A DNA stretch of 64,000 bases from Patescibacteria group bacterium (GCA_038065235.1 JBBTRK010000016.1:11308-75307), one strand, 5' to 3'; numbered from the stretch's first letter, positions 47,885 to 58,387 are shown. The notes: generated by a model not told the origin, from the sequence alone. Numbers and translations are program-made.

Positions 47885-49980
47885 CGGAGGGCTTTAATAG
47901 CACGGACAAACTTCTCTCCCCGATCAAATTCGTTACGGAAAAGTCCGAAGCTTGCCGCACCAGGGGAAAGGAGGATTGTATCGCCGGGTTTCGAATAGCG
48001 GACAGCAGTACGCACCGCAGCCGCCATCGAACGAACACACGAATATGGGACGTGAATTTTCGGCTCTAGTGCATCAGTCGCAGTGCCAGGCAAAAACACT
48101 ACCGCAGAAACACGATTTAGTGCCTTAACAAGCGATTGTTGAGGTAGGCCTTTGTCTGTCCCTCCAGCAATGACGATGCAGCGTCCATGGACGCTGGCAA
48201 TACCCGCAACTGCTGCCACTGGATTCGTCGCAGTGGTGTTGTTGATGAAGGTGCGCCCTTTGTATTTGCGAACAACCTCGAAACGTTCAGGTACGCCTTG
48301 AAACTTCTTCAGCGCGCGGCGAATAGTTACCAACGATGTGCCGAGGAGGTACCCCGCAAGCGCGACGCTGATGGCGCACCGTAAAGTACCAATATCCTGA
48401 TGCTTAAGTTTTGCCGTAGGGACAACACGAAGTATTTTCCCCTGCACATTGAGTACGACCCAATCTTTCTCAATGTACGCATTCGCTTTGGGATGAGGCT
48501 GGTCACTCGTCCAGTACGTTTTCGCACGTGTGTGTACCTTGCTGTATTTCCGCCAGTCACTATCCAGTGGCGCAACAAAAAAATCTGCAGAGGTTTGACC
48601 TTCAGCAACACGTGCCTTTACTGCGGCGTATGCGCGCATAGACGTATGCCGGTCGAGGTGGTCTGGGTAGAGGTTGGTAATGAGCGCAAGCTTTGGTGCG
48701 AGTGGCGCAGCGAGTGCTTCAAGCTGAAATGAAGAGAGTTCAAGAATGACTGGGGTATGTCCATCGTACGCACGTGGCTCAAGGAGGGGTGAGTGGCGTA
48801 CATTTCCAGCGAGGACAGTACCTCGATTGTGGCTCCGAAGCAGAACAGCCAACCACGTTGCAACTGTTGTTTTCCCTTTCGTTCCAGTTATTGCCACAAC
48901 CGGGTTTCGGCTTGCGGTGCGGAAGAGACCTACATCAGAAGTGACCATGATGCCCTCACGGTATGCGCGCCGTACACTCGCATCTGTCAGCGGTACACCG
49001 GGGTTCTTTATGACCACTTCAAAGTCTTGCACGTTCGCTATCGCCATGCGGCCAAAAAAGTATGTAACGGGAAGATCGCGAAGTCGTTTTCTCACCGCAC
49101 GGAAGAACGCAGCGGGCTTCGCATCGACGACCGTTACCTGTGCGTGCTGTTGGCAAGCGTACCGCACCGCAGCCTCACCCCCACCCTGGGCACCCAAGCC
49201 GTACACAACTACGCTTCGCCCGCGAAGATCGCTTGGCTTGGCGTGACGAACGATAACCGTCAGTGTGTTTGCATGCGTTGGGCCATCACGTCGCGCCGAA
49301 GGTAAATGCTTTTTTTCAAAGGTGCAAATTTTGCTTTGCTCAATATTTGCACGACGTACCCCTTGCCGTACCAGCTGCATGGTTATGCCTTTCCATAAAT
49401 CAACCGCATAACCACTTGCACTTTTCACAATGCCTTTACCTTGAAAAGCACGGGAGAGTTTAACGCCTCGAGTTTGGTCGACACAATAGTGCTTGCCACA
49501 AATACCTGGGCCAAGCCAGACTTTGACGTTTCGAAGATTAACACCTTGGCTCCGGAGTAGTGTAAATGCTTTTGGAACAATGTTTTTAACCGCCCCACGC
49601 CAGCCAACGTGCAGCGCGCCAATCCAGCCCGTAACTGGGTCTGCCAGGAGAACCGGAATGCAATCAGCAGTAAATATCCCCAGCGCGATTCCCGGTCGTT
49701 GCGTGAGTAGGCCATCGGTTGCGGCGAGGTAAGTTTTCGGCGTTCGTGCGCCAGCACCGCGCTCGCCATCACCGACAATGCGAATGCGGTCACCGTGTAC
49801 CTGATGGCCGAGGATGAGCTGGTCAGCGGTTGTATGGAGCGTCTTTAAAAAAAACTGACGGGTTTGAACAACTTTTCCCCGTGGGTGACCCGAGAACGTC
49901 AACGGCTGAGCAGACAACGGCGCTGTTGCGTGCTCAATACCTGAAATGCCGCGAAGAACTGCAGACTGAAAAACCCGCAT
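47881..49980 (-). CDS. murD: Fusion of PgeF/YfiH (DUF152 peptidoglycan editing factor) to MurD
   Basis: N-terminal ~235 aa carry the YfiH signatures (HQVHGDRI…FTADCIPVLL…GALHVGWRG). The C-terminal ~460 aa are MurD (VVVYGLGAQGG…ITGTKGKTT…). One continuous 699-aa ORF. Confidence 0.8.
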   Translation of the reverse strand: MRVFQSAVLRGISGIEHATAPLSAQPLTFSGHPRGKVVQTRQFFLKTLHTTADQLILGHQVHGDRIRIVGDGERGAGARTPKTYLAATDGLLTQRPGIALGIFTADCIPVLLADPVTGWIGALHVGWRGAVKNIVPKAFTLLRSQGVNLRNVKVWLGPGICGKHYCVDQTRGVKLSRAFQGKGIVKSASGYAVDLWKGITMQLVRQGVRRANIEQSKICTFEKKHLPSARRDGPTHANTLTVIVRHAKPSDLRGRSVVVYGLGAQGGGEAAVRYACQQHAQVTVVDAKPAAFFRAVRKRLRDLPVTYFFGRMAIANVQDFEVVIKNPGVPLTDASVRRAYREGIMVTSDVGLFRTASRNPVVAITGTKGKTTVATWLAVLLRSHNRGTVLAGNVRHSPLLEPRAYDGHTPVILELSSFQLEALAAPLAPKLALITNLYPDHLDRHTSMRAYAAVKARVAEGQTSADFFVAPLDSDWRKYSKVHTRAKTYWTSDQPHPKANAYIEKDWVVLNVQGKILRVVPTAKLKHQDIGTLRCAISVALAGYLLGTSLVTIRRALKKFQGVPERFEVVRKYKGRTFINNTTATNPVAAVAGIASVHGRCIVIAGGTDKGLPQQSLVKALNRVSAVVFLPGTATDALEPKIHVPYSCVRSMAAAVRTAVRYSKPGDTILLSPGAASFGLFRNEFDRGEKFVRAIKALR

Positions 49981-50023
49981 AGCCGCAGCATACCACGGGG
50001 CTTCTCTTGAGTGAACCAGCTAG

Positions 50024-51073
50024 TTAGAAGGTTCGGTCGATGAGGAAAACGACCACGCCGATGACTGCAGTAACTGCCGAAATGACCCAGAAACGCATAA
50101 CAATCTTCGATTCTGGCCAACCAATTGCTTCGAGGTGGTGGTGCAAGGGTGCCGAAAGGAATACCTTCTTGCCGCGAAATTTCTTCGATACGAGCTGGAT
50201 GATGACACTGCCAGACTCCAGGACGAAGAGCAGGCCAATGATTGGCAAGAGCAATGCCGTGTTCGTGAGCATGGCAACGATACCCAGAGTCACGCCCAAC
50301 GACATGGCACCGGTATCGCCCATGAAAAATCGTGCCGGTGGGATGTTGAACCACAGAAAGGCGAGGAGCGCACCGACAACTACCCCACAAAATGTGGCAA
50401 GCTCGAAACGGCCTTGGGCAAAGGCAATAGCGCCGAATGCCATGAAAGCAGTGAGGAGCGTACCTCCAGACAAACCATCGAGACCATCAATTTCATTAAC
50501 CGAGAAAGCTGTTGATACAATAACCACGATGAAAACGGGAATGTACCACAATCCTATTTCAAAATTTCCTAACAGTGGTACGTGGATCATGCTGAAGCCA
50601 AGTTTGGCATAGAACCACCACGCGCCAACAATTGCGATGGCGGTATATATGAAAAGCTTGTGACGCACTTGCAGGCCCCCACCTTTCGGTCCCCACCCCC
50701 GAACATTGAAATAGTCATCGACTAAGCCGACAAGTGCAGAAGCAACAAGGGCAGCCACGGGTAGCCAGGTCTGCTGACGAGTGAGGAAGTTCAACTCATG
50801 CCAGAAACCAGCAGGGACAATCTGACGGAGAACGAAGAAGAAAACCGCGATGACTAATATGGTGAGCCATATAATAACCCCACCCATGGTTGGCGTTCCA
50901 GATTTCTTCTCGTGCAACTTTGCAAAAATTGGGGCTGTCAATGACGAACGGATTTTCTTGCCCAACTGGTAGCGGTACAACACGCTGGCCCACAACGGCG
51001 TGAATGCCATCGCCGCAAGAAACGCGAGCGACGTGAGGAAGAAGATTCGAATGATGATGACGTCGTCAATCAT
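50024..51073 (-). CDS. mraY: Phospho-N-acetylmuramoyl-pentapeptide transferase MraY
   Basis: Polytopic, with the conserved DD and …HHHLE… motifs. Start at MIDDVIII (51073); the listed ORF is 19 codons longer. Confidence 0.85.
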   Translation of the reverse strand: MIDDVIIIRIFFLTSLAFLAAMAFTPLWASVLYRYQLGKKIRSSLTAPIFAKLHEKKSGTPTMGGVIIWLTILVIAVFFFVLRQIVPAGFWHELNFLTRQQTWLPVAALVASALVGLVDDYFNVRGWGPKGGGLQVRHKLFIYTAIAIVGAWWFYAKLGFSMIHVPLLGNFEIGLWYIPVFIVVIVSTAFSVNEIDGLDGLSGGTLLTAFMAFGAIAFAQGRFELATFCGVVVGALLAFLWFNIPPARFFMGDTGAMSLGVTLGIVAMLTNTALLLPIIGLLFVLESGSVIIQLVSKKFRGKKVFLSAPLHHHLEAIGWPESKIVMRFWVISAVTAVIGVVVFLIDRTF

Positions 51074-51077
51074 ACAC

Positions 51078-51491
51078 TTAGATGCTGGACTGCTGGAACC
51101 AGAGTAAGAGTACTGCCCAGGCAACCCCAAAATTCAGCAGGACGGTTGAAGCGTGAAGTACGGGCAGAACCCGAGGCGCACGGTGCCGAACAAAGGGCGC
51201 CAACCCCAGGTGGTGAGCAACGGTCAGGAGCGTGGCAATAGCAGGGAGGAACCACACCACCCACCATGACCCTAGCCCATCGATACCGAAAGGGATGGTA
51301 TAATGCGTAACAACGGACAGTGCTCCGTACGGAAACCCATTCACGACAATCCCCCACGCAATGACTAACCCACCGACTGCGGCAATGACTGCCCAGCGTT
51401 CCTTTGAACGCCAGAGCGGCGTGAGCGCGTGGCGGAACCACGTCCCGAAACGCTGGCGGGTACTCTTGATTATTGGATTCCTGTGCATCAT
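51078..51491 (-). CDS. Small hypothetical membrane protein (3-4 TM). Its 5' region runs antisense to the start of the GT39 gene.
   Basis: Hydrophobic ORF ending 4 nt upstream of mraY. The start is uncertain (51491 or 51668). No homology recognised. Confidence 0.35.
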   Translation of the reverse strand: MMHRNPIIKSTRQRFGTWFRHALTPLWRSKERWAVIAAVGGLVIAWGIVVNGFPYGALSVVTHYTIPFGIDGLGSWWVVWFLPAIATLLTVAHHLGLAPFVRHRAPRVLPVLHASTVLLNFGVAWAVLLLWFQQSSI

Positions 51492-53208
51492 GGCTACTCT
51501 CCAGATTACCTCGATGCGCCAAGAAGTCCAAACGATAGACGAAGGCGTACACCTCACTGCTGGGGTTTCGTACTGGCAGAAGCGTGATTTTCGCTTAAAC
51601 GAAGAGCATCCCCCGCTCATCAAGCTCCTTGCCGCACTCCCGGTCGTCATCAGCCGCCCGCACATCAACTACGATTCCCCGAGCTGGCAGAATGGCGATC
51701 AGTGGGCATTTGCACGAGAATTTCTCTACCAGAGCGGCAATAACCCAGACACGCTGCTCTTCCTCGGTCGTCTGCCAATGGTCGTGCTCAGTCTATGCCT
51801 AGGGTTTGTCCTCTACCTTTGGGGTCGCAAACTGGCGGGTGATTGGGCAGGTCTCCTCGCCCTTGGCTGGTATGTTTTTGACCCGAACTTCCTAGGCCAC
51901 GGACACTACATTACCACCGATGTGGGCGTTACCCTTGGGTACGCGCTCACACTCTACGTCCTGGTACGGCTCCTAGATCGCTGGACGTGGCAGCGTATGC
52001 TCGTTTTCGCGCTCACCTTTGGTCTGGCTCAAATGACGAAGTTTTCGGCAGCGCTCTTACTCCCCTTGTGCGTCATCCTTGCCCTAGTCTGGGCAGCTTG
52101 GTTCGCCGATCAGCACCGTATTCGCGCTGCTTGGCGGCGCTGCGGACAAGTTCTTGGCCTGGCAATCGCTGGCTTGGTACTCATGGCATTCGCGCTGTAT
52201 ATGGGCCAGATTAAAGCCGGCCGTGATGATGTTTGGGTCCAGTCACTGCTTCGGGAACGGACTGCCGTCCTTGCAGAAGGCCGGCTCAGCCAGCAACCAA
52301 ATATTACTCAACGCCTCATTGCGTGGTCTAATCCAGACACCAGATTCCATCCGCTGTATACAATCGGCCACGACATTTCGATCCCAGCGTGGTCGTACGT
52401 AAAAGGTTTCATCGTCGTCGCCAACCACGACTACTGGGGTCACTTGGCGTACCTCAATGGCCAGTACTCAAACTTTGGCTGGTGGTGGTACTTCCCGTTC
52501 GCCATACTCATGAAGACCCCATTCGCGACGCTCCTCACGCTCCTCCTCGCCGCTGTCGCGCTTACCCGTTCGGTACAAAAATTCCAACTGCGATTACATC
52601 CTGGATTTATCGTCGTGGGCGCTTCATCGCTGCTGTATTTACTCTGGAGTATGACGAGCAATATCAACTTAGGTATCCGGCACATTTTCCCAGTCTACCT
52701 AGCGGTGTTCCTAACGATTGGGGTGTTCGGAGCTCAGATTCTTGCCCAAGGGAAGAAGCAGCTACAGTGGCTTTTCGGTGGCATTGGCGCTCTATACATC
52801 CTCACGAGTTTATTCGCCTACCCAACGTATACCTCATACTTCTCAGAAATCATAGGCGGAGCAGCGAACGGGCCAAAATACCTGGTCGATTCCAACAACG
52901 ACTGGGGCCAGGACGTGAAACGACTGAAGACCTACCTCGTTGCGAACAACGTGCCCTACGTCTGCATGAGCTACTTCGGCCAGGCAGACCTTACCTACTA
53001 TGGCATCGACTTTCGCTACCTACAGACGATTGATGACCCACATTCACCTACGGACATCAACTGTGTCGTCGCGATAAGCGTGACGAGCATGCTCTCCAAG
53101 GATGGCGCCTACTGGTGGTTGAAAACGTACGAACCTGATGCGCGTATCGGTGGGACCATCTACGTTTTTGACTTTCGAGATGGAAGAATACCCCCGATTT
53201 CAAATTGA
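51385..53208 (+). CDS. GT39/GT83 (ArnT/PMT)-family membrane glycosyltransferase
   Basis: More than 10 TM segments and an early periplasmic loop with DEG…H motifs typical of the ArnT/PMT_2 family. Start at 51361 or 51385. Confidence 0.7.
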   Translation: MTAQRSFERQSGVSAWRNHVPKRWRVLLIIGFLCIMATLQITSMRQEVQTIDEGVHLTAGVSYWQKRDFRLNEEHPPLIKLLAALPVVISRPHINYDSPSWQNGDQWAFAREFLYQSGNNPDTLLFLGRLPMVVLSLCLGFVLYLWGRKLAGDWAGLLALGWYVFDPNFLGHGHYITTDVGVTLGYALTLYVLVRLLDRWTWQRMLVFALTFGLAQMTKFSAALLLPLCVILALVWAAWFADQHRIRAAWRRCGQVLGLAIAGLVLMAFALYMGQIKAGRDDVWVQSLLRERTAVLAEGRLSQQPNITQRLIAWSNPDTRFHPLYTIGHDISIPAWSYVKGFIVVANHDYWGHLAYLNGQYSNFGWWWYFPFAILMKTPFATLLTLLLAAVALTRSVQKFQLRLHPGFIVVGASSLLYLLWSMTSNINLGIRHIFPVYLAVFLTIGVFGAQILAQGKKQLQWLFGGIGALYILTSLFAYPTYTSYFSEIIGGAANGPKYLVDSNNDWGQDVKRLKTYLVANNVPYVCMSYFGQADLTYYGIDFRYLQTIDDPHSPTDINCVVAISVTSMLSKDGAYWWLKTYEPDARIGGTIYVFDFRDGRIPPISN

Positions 53209-53262
53209 CTTTTGTACAATTTTTTGTCATAGTACAGTTACCCTGCGTATCGAAAAAAATAC

Positions 53263-54993
53263 ATGAAGTCGACAACGCTAGTCAAAATCCTTACCGATGC
53301 AAATGTCCTGCCCGAGGCTGACCTCACGGCAGCTGTTCAGGCTGCCGAGACGTTACATACCGATCTAGAGAAACACCTCATCGACCAGAATATTATTTCC
53401 GAGAATGTGCTGTACGAGACAATTGCCTCGTACTACAAACTCCCGTTCGTAGATCTGAAGCAAGTGACAATCCGCAAGGATGTCCTAGAGGCTGTGCCCG
53501 AACCACTCGTACAGGTGCACCAAGTGGTGGCGTACGACATGGACCCGAAGAAAATTAAACTCGCGACGCTGGACCCTCGAGATCTGCAAACCTTTGAATT
53601 CATTAAGAAAAAAACCGGACTGAATCCGGAAATTGCACTCACCACACCTTCGAGCATCAAGAGCGCACTCGCCCAGTTCCACAAAGGGCTCTCTGCGACA
53701 TTCAAAGAGATTACCAAAGAGACAACGCAAACGGAAGATGGTTCGGGCGAGAAGAATTTATCCGAACTCGCCGAAGACGTACCCATCATTCGCATTGTCG
53801 ATAGTATGCTCGAGTACGCAATATTCGAGAGTGCCTCAGACATCCACATTGAACCCCAAGAAGCCGACCTCATCGTCCGGTACCGCATTGACGGCCGCTT
53901 GAAGCAGGTCATGACCCTGCCGAAAACCACACAGTCTGGCATTATCGCTCGCATAAAAATTCTTGCGAACTTGAAAATTGACGAACACCGACTCCCCCAG
54001 GACGGTCGCATAACGCTGACGACGAAAGACTACAAGGTTGCGTTCCGCGTTTCCATACTCCCGGTGTATGACGGCGAGAAAGCCGTACTCCGTTTACTCA
54101 ACGAGTCGGCCCAGGTTCTCAGCTTAGAGCAGCTTGGGCTTCAACCGAAACCGTTAGAAATTCTCAAGCGTAACATTAAGAAACCACACGGTATTATTCT
54201 CGTCACCGGCCCGACTGGCTCGGGAAAGACGACGACGTTGTACACCGTCCTGAATATCCTCAACAAACCCGAAGTGAATATTTCCACAGTGGAAGACCCA
54301 ATTGAGTACCGCATGCCGCGGGTAAACCAGAGCCAGGTGAACCCGAAGATTGGCTTCACCTTTGCCGGGGGCTTGCGATCGCTCCTGCGGCAAGACCCGA
54401 ACATCATCATGGTTGGGGAAATCCGCGACAATGAAACTGCGGAAATCGCAGCGAATGCTGCCATGACTGGCCACCTGGTGCTTTCGACGCTACACACCAA
54501 CGACGCGATTACGGCACTCCCCCGCCTGGGTGAAATGGGCGTGCCCTCGTTCCTCATTGCCTCCACGACGAACATCCTCATGGCGCAACGTCTGGTGCGA
54601 AAAATTTGCCTCCACTGCATCCAGAGCTACACGCTCTCGAAAGCCGCAGTCGAAGACCTCGATAAGCAATTCGACGTCACGTTCATCCTAAAAACCCTTG
54701 CTCGGGAAGGCGCAATCATGAATGAAACCGCACCCATTGAGTCACTACTCTTCTACCGTGGAAAAGGCTGCAAACAGTGCAACCATGAAGGCTACAAGGG
54801 TCGTGTCGGCATCTACGAGGTTCTAGAAATAACCCACGACATTGCCGACCTAATTCTCAACAAAGGCACAACCGAGGATCTTCGACGGGCAGCCCAGAAG
54901 CAAGGCATGCTCACCATGGCGGAAGACGGCTTCGTCAAATCGAAGTACGGAATTACCTCAATCGAAGAGGTACTCCGCGTGACGAAGGATTAA
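53263..54993 (+). CDS. pilB: Type IV pilus assembly ATPase PilB (GspE family)
   Basis: N-terminal GSPII_E_N-like domain, Walker A GPTGSGKTTT, a tetracysteine motif (CLHC…CKQC), and Asp and His boxes. Confidence 0.9.
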   Translation: MKSTTLVKILTDANVLPEADLTAAVQAAETLHTDLEKHLIDQNIISENVLYETIASYYKLPFVDLKQVTIRKDVLEAVPEPLVQVHQVVAYDMDPKKIKLATLDPRDLQTFEFIKKKTGLNPEIALTTPSSIKSALAQFHKGLSATFKEITKETTQTEDGSGEKNLSELAEDVPIIRIVDSMLEYAIFESASDIHIEPQEADLIVRYRIDGRLKQVMTLPKTTQSGIIARIKILANLKIDEHRLPQDGRITLTTKDYKVAFRVSILPVYDGEKAVLRLLNESAQVLSLEQLGLQPKPLEILKRNIKKPHGIILVTGPTGSGKTTTLYTVLNILNKPEVNISTVEDPIEYRMPRVNQSQVNPKIGFTFAGGLRSLLRQDPNIIMVGEIRDNETAEIAANAAMTGHLVLSTLHTNDAITALPRLGEMGVPSFLIASTTNILMAQRLVRKICLHCIQSYTLSKAAVEDLDKQFDVTFILKTLAREGAIMNETAPIESLLFYRGKGCKQCNHEGYKGRVGIYEVLEITHDIADLILNKGTTEDLRRAAQKQGMLTMAEDGFVKSKYGITSIEEVLRVTKD

Positions 54994-54999
54994 ACTCCA

Positions 55000-56217
55000 A
55001 TGCCTGTCTTTACCTACATCGCACGCAACAACCAAGGTGGCACCGTTACCGGAACGCAGGATGCGAAAGACGAGAAGTTTCTAGCTTCCCTCTTACGGGT
55101 TCGGGGGTTATCTATCGTAAGTGTAAAAACCCCAGCGACTTCGGCTGCGAAACACTTCTCATTCAATATCTCACTCGGGCGGATACCCGTGGTAGAGAAA
55201 ATTGTATTCTTGCAAAATCTTCAAGTCATGGTTCGGACAGGATTCTCCCTGGGCCATGCCCTTGACGTACTCGCGCAACAGACGGAACACAAGGGTTTTC
55301 AGAAAATTATTAAAGAAATTACCGCCGACGTCGAGAGTGGAATAACCCTCTCCACAGCACTGACGAAATTCCCAAAAGTTTTCCCTGAACTCTTCGTGAA
55401 TATGGTTGCAGCCGGCGAGGTATCGGGCAAACTCGATGAAGTCCTCTTGCGGCTCACCACGCAGATTAAGAAAGATCACCAGCTCATTGCCAAAGTACGT
55501 GGGGCACTCATGTACCCCGTCATCGTGTTGGTCGCCATGTTGGTACTCGGGACGGCAATGATGGTGTTGGTCATTCCAAAGCTGCTAAGTATATTCAACG
55601 AATCCGGTGGCACTTTACCGCTCCCAACCCGGATATTGATGGGACTTTCGAACTTCATGCAGCACTACATTTTCTTCATCATCCCGGGAGTCATTCTCTT
55701 CATTTTCATTTTCCGCTGGTGGATTCACTCCCCCCGAGGCAGGATGCTCTGGCACCTCTTGCTCCTTCGCCTCCCAATTGTTGGCCCAATTCTCAAGAAA
55801 ATTAACTTGGCGCACTTCACGCGAACCCTCAGCTCCCTGCTGAAGACTGACATTCCCATTGTGCAGACGTTTCAGATTATTGCCAAGACCATGGGCAATG
55901 CAGTTTTTCGGAAGTCACTCAATGAAACTGCAGAAGAATTGAAGAAAGGTTCAAGTATTGCTAAAGTACTCACTCGATACACAAAACTCTATCCGCCAGT
56001 CGTCTCGCAGATGATCTCGGTGGGTGAGGAGAGTGGTACACTAGATACCATAAGCGAAGAAATAGCAAAATTCTACGAAGAAGAAGTTGACCAGGTTATG
56101 TCCAATCTCACCTCAATTCTGGAGCCAATTCTCATTCTCCTCCTCGGCGGAGGTGTGGGCGGTATCGTCGTGGCAGTCATTTTGCCGATCTACTCGCTCA
56201 CCGACCAAATTAACTAA
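55000..56217 (+). CDS. pilC: Type IV pilus platform protein PilC (GspF family)
   Basis: Two GspF repeats and three TM helices. 405 aa. Confidence 0.85.
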   Translation: MPVFTYIARNNQGGTVTGTQDAKDEKFLASLLRVRGLSIVSVKTPATSAAKHFSFNISLGRIPVVEKIVFLQNLQVMVRTGFSLGHALDVLAQQTEHKGFQKIIKEITADVESGITLSTALTKFPKVFPELFVNMVAAGEVSGKLDEVLLRLTTQIKKDHQLIAKVRGALMYPVIVLVAMLVLGTAMMVLVIPKLLSIFNESGGTLPLPTRILMGLSNFMQHYIFFIIPGVILFIFIFRWWIHSPRGRMLWHLLLLRLPIVGPILKKINLAHFTRTLSSLLKTDIPIVQTFQIIAKTMGNAVFRKSLNETAEELKKGSSIAKVLTRYTKLYPPVVSQMISVGEESGTLDTISEEIAKFYEEEVDQVMSNLTSILEPILILLLGGGVGGIVVAVILPIYSLTDQIN

Positions 56218-56219
56218 TC

Positions 56220-57299
56220 ATGAGCTTCCTCCGACCATTTCGGAACGCTATGGGCATAGATGTGAGCGACCAAGTGCTCCGTATGGTTCAGCTTGTGCCT
56301 CACGGTCGGGCATTTCGGCTCCGTTCCATAAGCGCCCGACCGCTGCCAGAAGGCGTCATTGTTGAGGGCGAAGTACGGAACCCCACGAAAGCTGCAGCAG
56401 TACTCCGCGACCTCGTGCAGAAGCCCAGCCACCACCATCCCACCACAAAATCAGCCACCCTCTGCCTACCCGAGCGGAAGACTTTCACGAAAATTATTGA
56501 AGTCCCTAGACAAGCCGCAACAACCTTTGAAACAGCGCTGCGTGAAGGTTTGGCAGAAAATATTCCATTGAAACTAGACGAAGCGTACGTTGACTGGCAG
56601 ATCATTCCATCGCAATCGGAAAAAACCAAAACCGTCCGGGTTATTGTTGCCGTTGCCCCCCAACTCCTCGTTGAAGGCTTTCTGACCATGTGCCAACTCG
56701 CCGGCATTGTGCCAGTGGTACTAGAACCAGAATCAGCCGCCCTGTGTCGGAGTGCGCTAGATGTTCAACCCGCACCCGGTAGCCACCTCATTATTGACCT
56801 CGGCGCTACCCGAACCGGAATCATTATTGCCGAGACCGATCTCGTCGCCTACTCTTCGACCGTCAACCTCTCGGGGATTGGTTTAACCCAGGTGCTCCAA
56901 ACGAAACTCGGCTTGAATGCAGAAGAAGCCGAGCAGGCGAAACGAATCTGTGGGCTGGACCCCAAACGAGGAAAAGGTGCGGTGAAAGCTACCCTGGAAC
57001 CAGAATTTAGACCGCTCTTTCAACGTATACTCGAAGTTATAAGTTTCTACGAAGAGCACGCCCCGAAACAAGCAAAAGTGCAGGATATTACCTTAGTTGG
57101 TGGGGGCGCCCGGCTGAGCTTTTTGCCCGAACTCGTGCAGTCCACTATATCGCTTCCGGTCCGCGTCGGGAGCTGGCCAAAGTCAGTGAATATTCCCTCA
57201 GATGATCTTCTCCGCATTGGCCCCTCGTACCTCACCGCACTTGGCTTAGCTCTCCGCGGGGCTATGGGTGCCTCTTGGTCCAGCCCGCACGCCCTATGA
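56220..57299 (+). CDS. pilM: Type IV pilus assembly protein PilM (actin-like ATPase fold)
   Basis: Actin/FtsA-like fold motifs (IDLGATRTGIII…, GGGA). Confidence 0.8.
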   Translation: MSFLRPFRNAMGIDVSDQVLRMVQLVPHGRAFRLRSISARPLPEGVIVEGEVRNPTKAAAVLRDLVQKPSHHHPTTKSATLCLPERKTFTKIIEVPRQAATTFETALREGLAENIPLKLDEAYVDWQIIPSQSEKTKTVRVIVAVAPQLLVEGFLTMCQLAGIVPVVLEPESAALCRSALDVQPAPGSHLIIDLGATRTGIIIAETDLVAYSSTVNLSGIGLTQVLQTKLGLNAEEAEQAKRICGLDPKRGKGAVKATLEPEFRPLFQRILEVISFYEEHAPKQAKVQDITLVGGGARLSFLPELVQSTISLPVRVGSWPKSVNIPSDDLLRIGPSYLTALGLALRGAMGASWSSPHAL

Positions 57300-57838
57300 T
57301 GCTCTTGAATCTCATTTCGCCGCAGATGCGAGAAACTCTGAGGCAGCGCGTGCTACTTAGTTCTGTTCGAACACTCGTGGTCATGGTGGTGTGCGTTGAG
57401 CTTGTTTTCGTCGGTGCCCTCACTGTTGGAGATTTCCAATTGAAAGCGAAAACTAAGCGTGTCACCCAAGAAGCAGAACTTTCAACGCTCCTGCTGCGGG
57501 CCCAAGGCCAGACCACGATTGCAGATACGACGAAATTACTCAACAGCCAAGTGAAGGCGCTGCAAGATCTTCAGAAACGTTACGTTTCTTGGGTGCCTAC
57601 CTTTAATACGGTGAGCGAGCTCACCCCACCAGGAATCTCACTCACTAGTATTGCGTTCGACCAAGGAACGGGGAAAATTTCGCTTCGTGGGGTGGCTGCA
57701 ACGCGCGAATCATACACGAGTTACGAGAAAATTTTACAGGGGAGCCCACTACTAACCAATGTTATTTTTCCGCTGCAAACCAAGAAGACTGCGCTTGGGT
57801 TCGATATAACCGCAGCCTTCAAAGTGCCTCACGACTAA
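57296..57838 (+). CDS. pilN: PilN-like bitopic pilus assembly protein
   Basis: TM helix plus coiled-coil and alpha/beta domain. ATGA overlap with pilM. Confidence 0.6.
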   Translation: MMLLNLISPQMRETLRQRVLLSSVRTLVVMVVCVELVFVGALTVGDFQLKAKTKRVTQEAELSTLLLRAQGQTTIADTTKLLNSQVKALQDLQKRYVSWVPTFNTVSELTPPGISLTSIAFDQGTGKISLRGVAATRESYTSYEKILQGSPLLTNVIFPLQTKKTALGFDITAAFKVPHD

Positions 57839-57841
57839 CGT

Positions 57842-58387
57842 ATGCGTACACTCTCTCCAAAACACATGCTCCTAAGTTGGGTTAGCGGTGGCCTGCTCTG
57901 CATAGTCGTTTTGGCCTGGTTCTCCGTTAGCTACCTAGCCCAACGATTGCATGTGCATGAAAATAATCTCCTCGAAGCGCAGATCACCATTGAGGCAAAT
58001 AGTCGCCAACAGAAAAATTTTTCTACACTCAGTAAACAGGTAGCCGAAATTCAAGGACATGCCCAAGAACTCAATCGTGCTTTCCCTGATCGTACGAAAG
58101 CACTGGAATTTATCGAGTTTATCGAGACAACAGCTGCACAAGAGAATGTTGAACAGTCCTTCAATCCAATCGAACCAACCCGCACTGCTGCAACGTCACT
58201 CACCGCGTACCTCGTCGAAGAGCGCGGATTCAGACTCACCTTGAAAGGGAAAACTCCGAATCTCTTCCGTTTCCTAACTGCCCTTGAGGTGAACCCAGTG
58301 TACTTACTAACCACTTCGGTATCACTGAGTCGCGATGATAAAGGTGAAGCGACTATGGATTTGCAAGGGACAATTCCTTGGCACTAA
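57842..58387 (+). CDS. pilO: PilO-like bitopic pilus assembly protein
   Basis: TM helix, coiled-coil, and a C-terminal ferredoxin-like region. Confidence 0.6.
   Translation: MRTLSPKHMLLSWVSGGLLCIVVLAWFSVSYLAQRLHVHENNLLEAQITIEANSRQQKNFSTLSKQVAEIQGHAQELNRAFPDRTKALEFIEFIETTAAQENVEQSFNPIEPTRTAATSLTAYLVEERGFRLTLKGKTPNLFRFLTALEVNPVYLLTTSVSLSRDDKGEATMDLQGTIPWH

Noticed and set aside
53224-53253. Possible pilB promoter (TTGTCA, 18 nt, TATCGA)
   Set aside because: Poor -10 match and only 9 nt to the ATG. Too weak to report as a feature.
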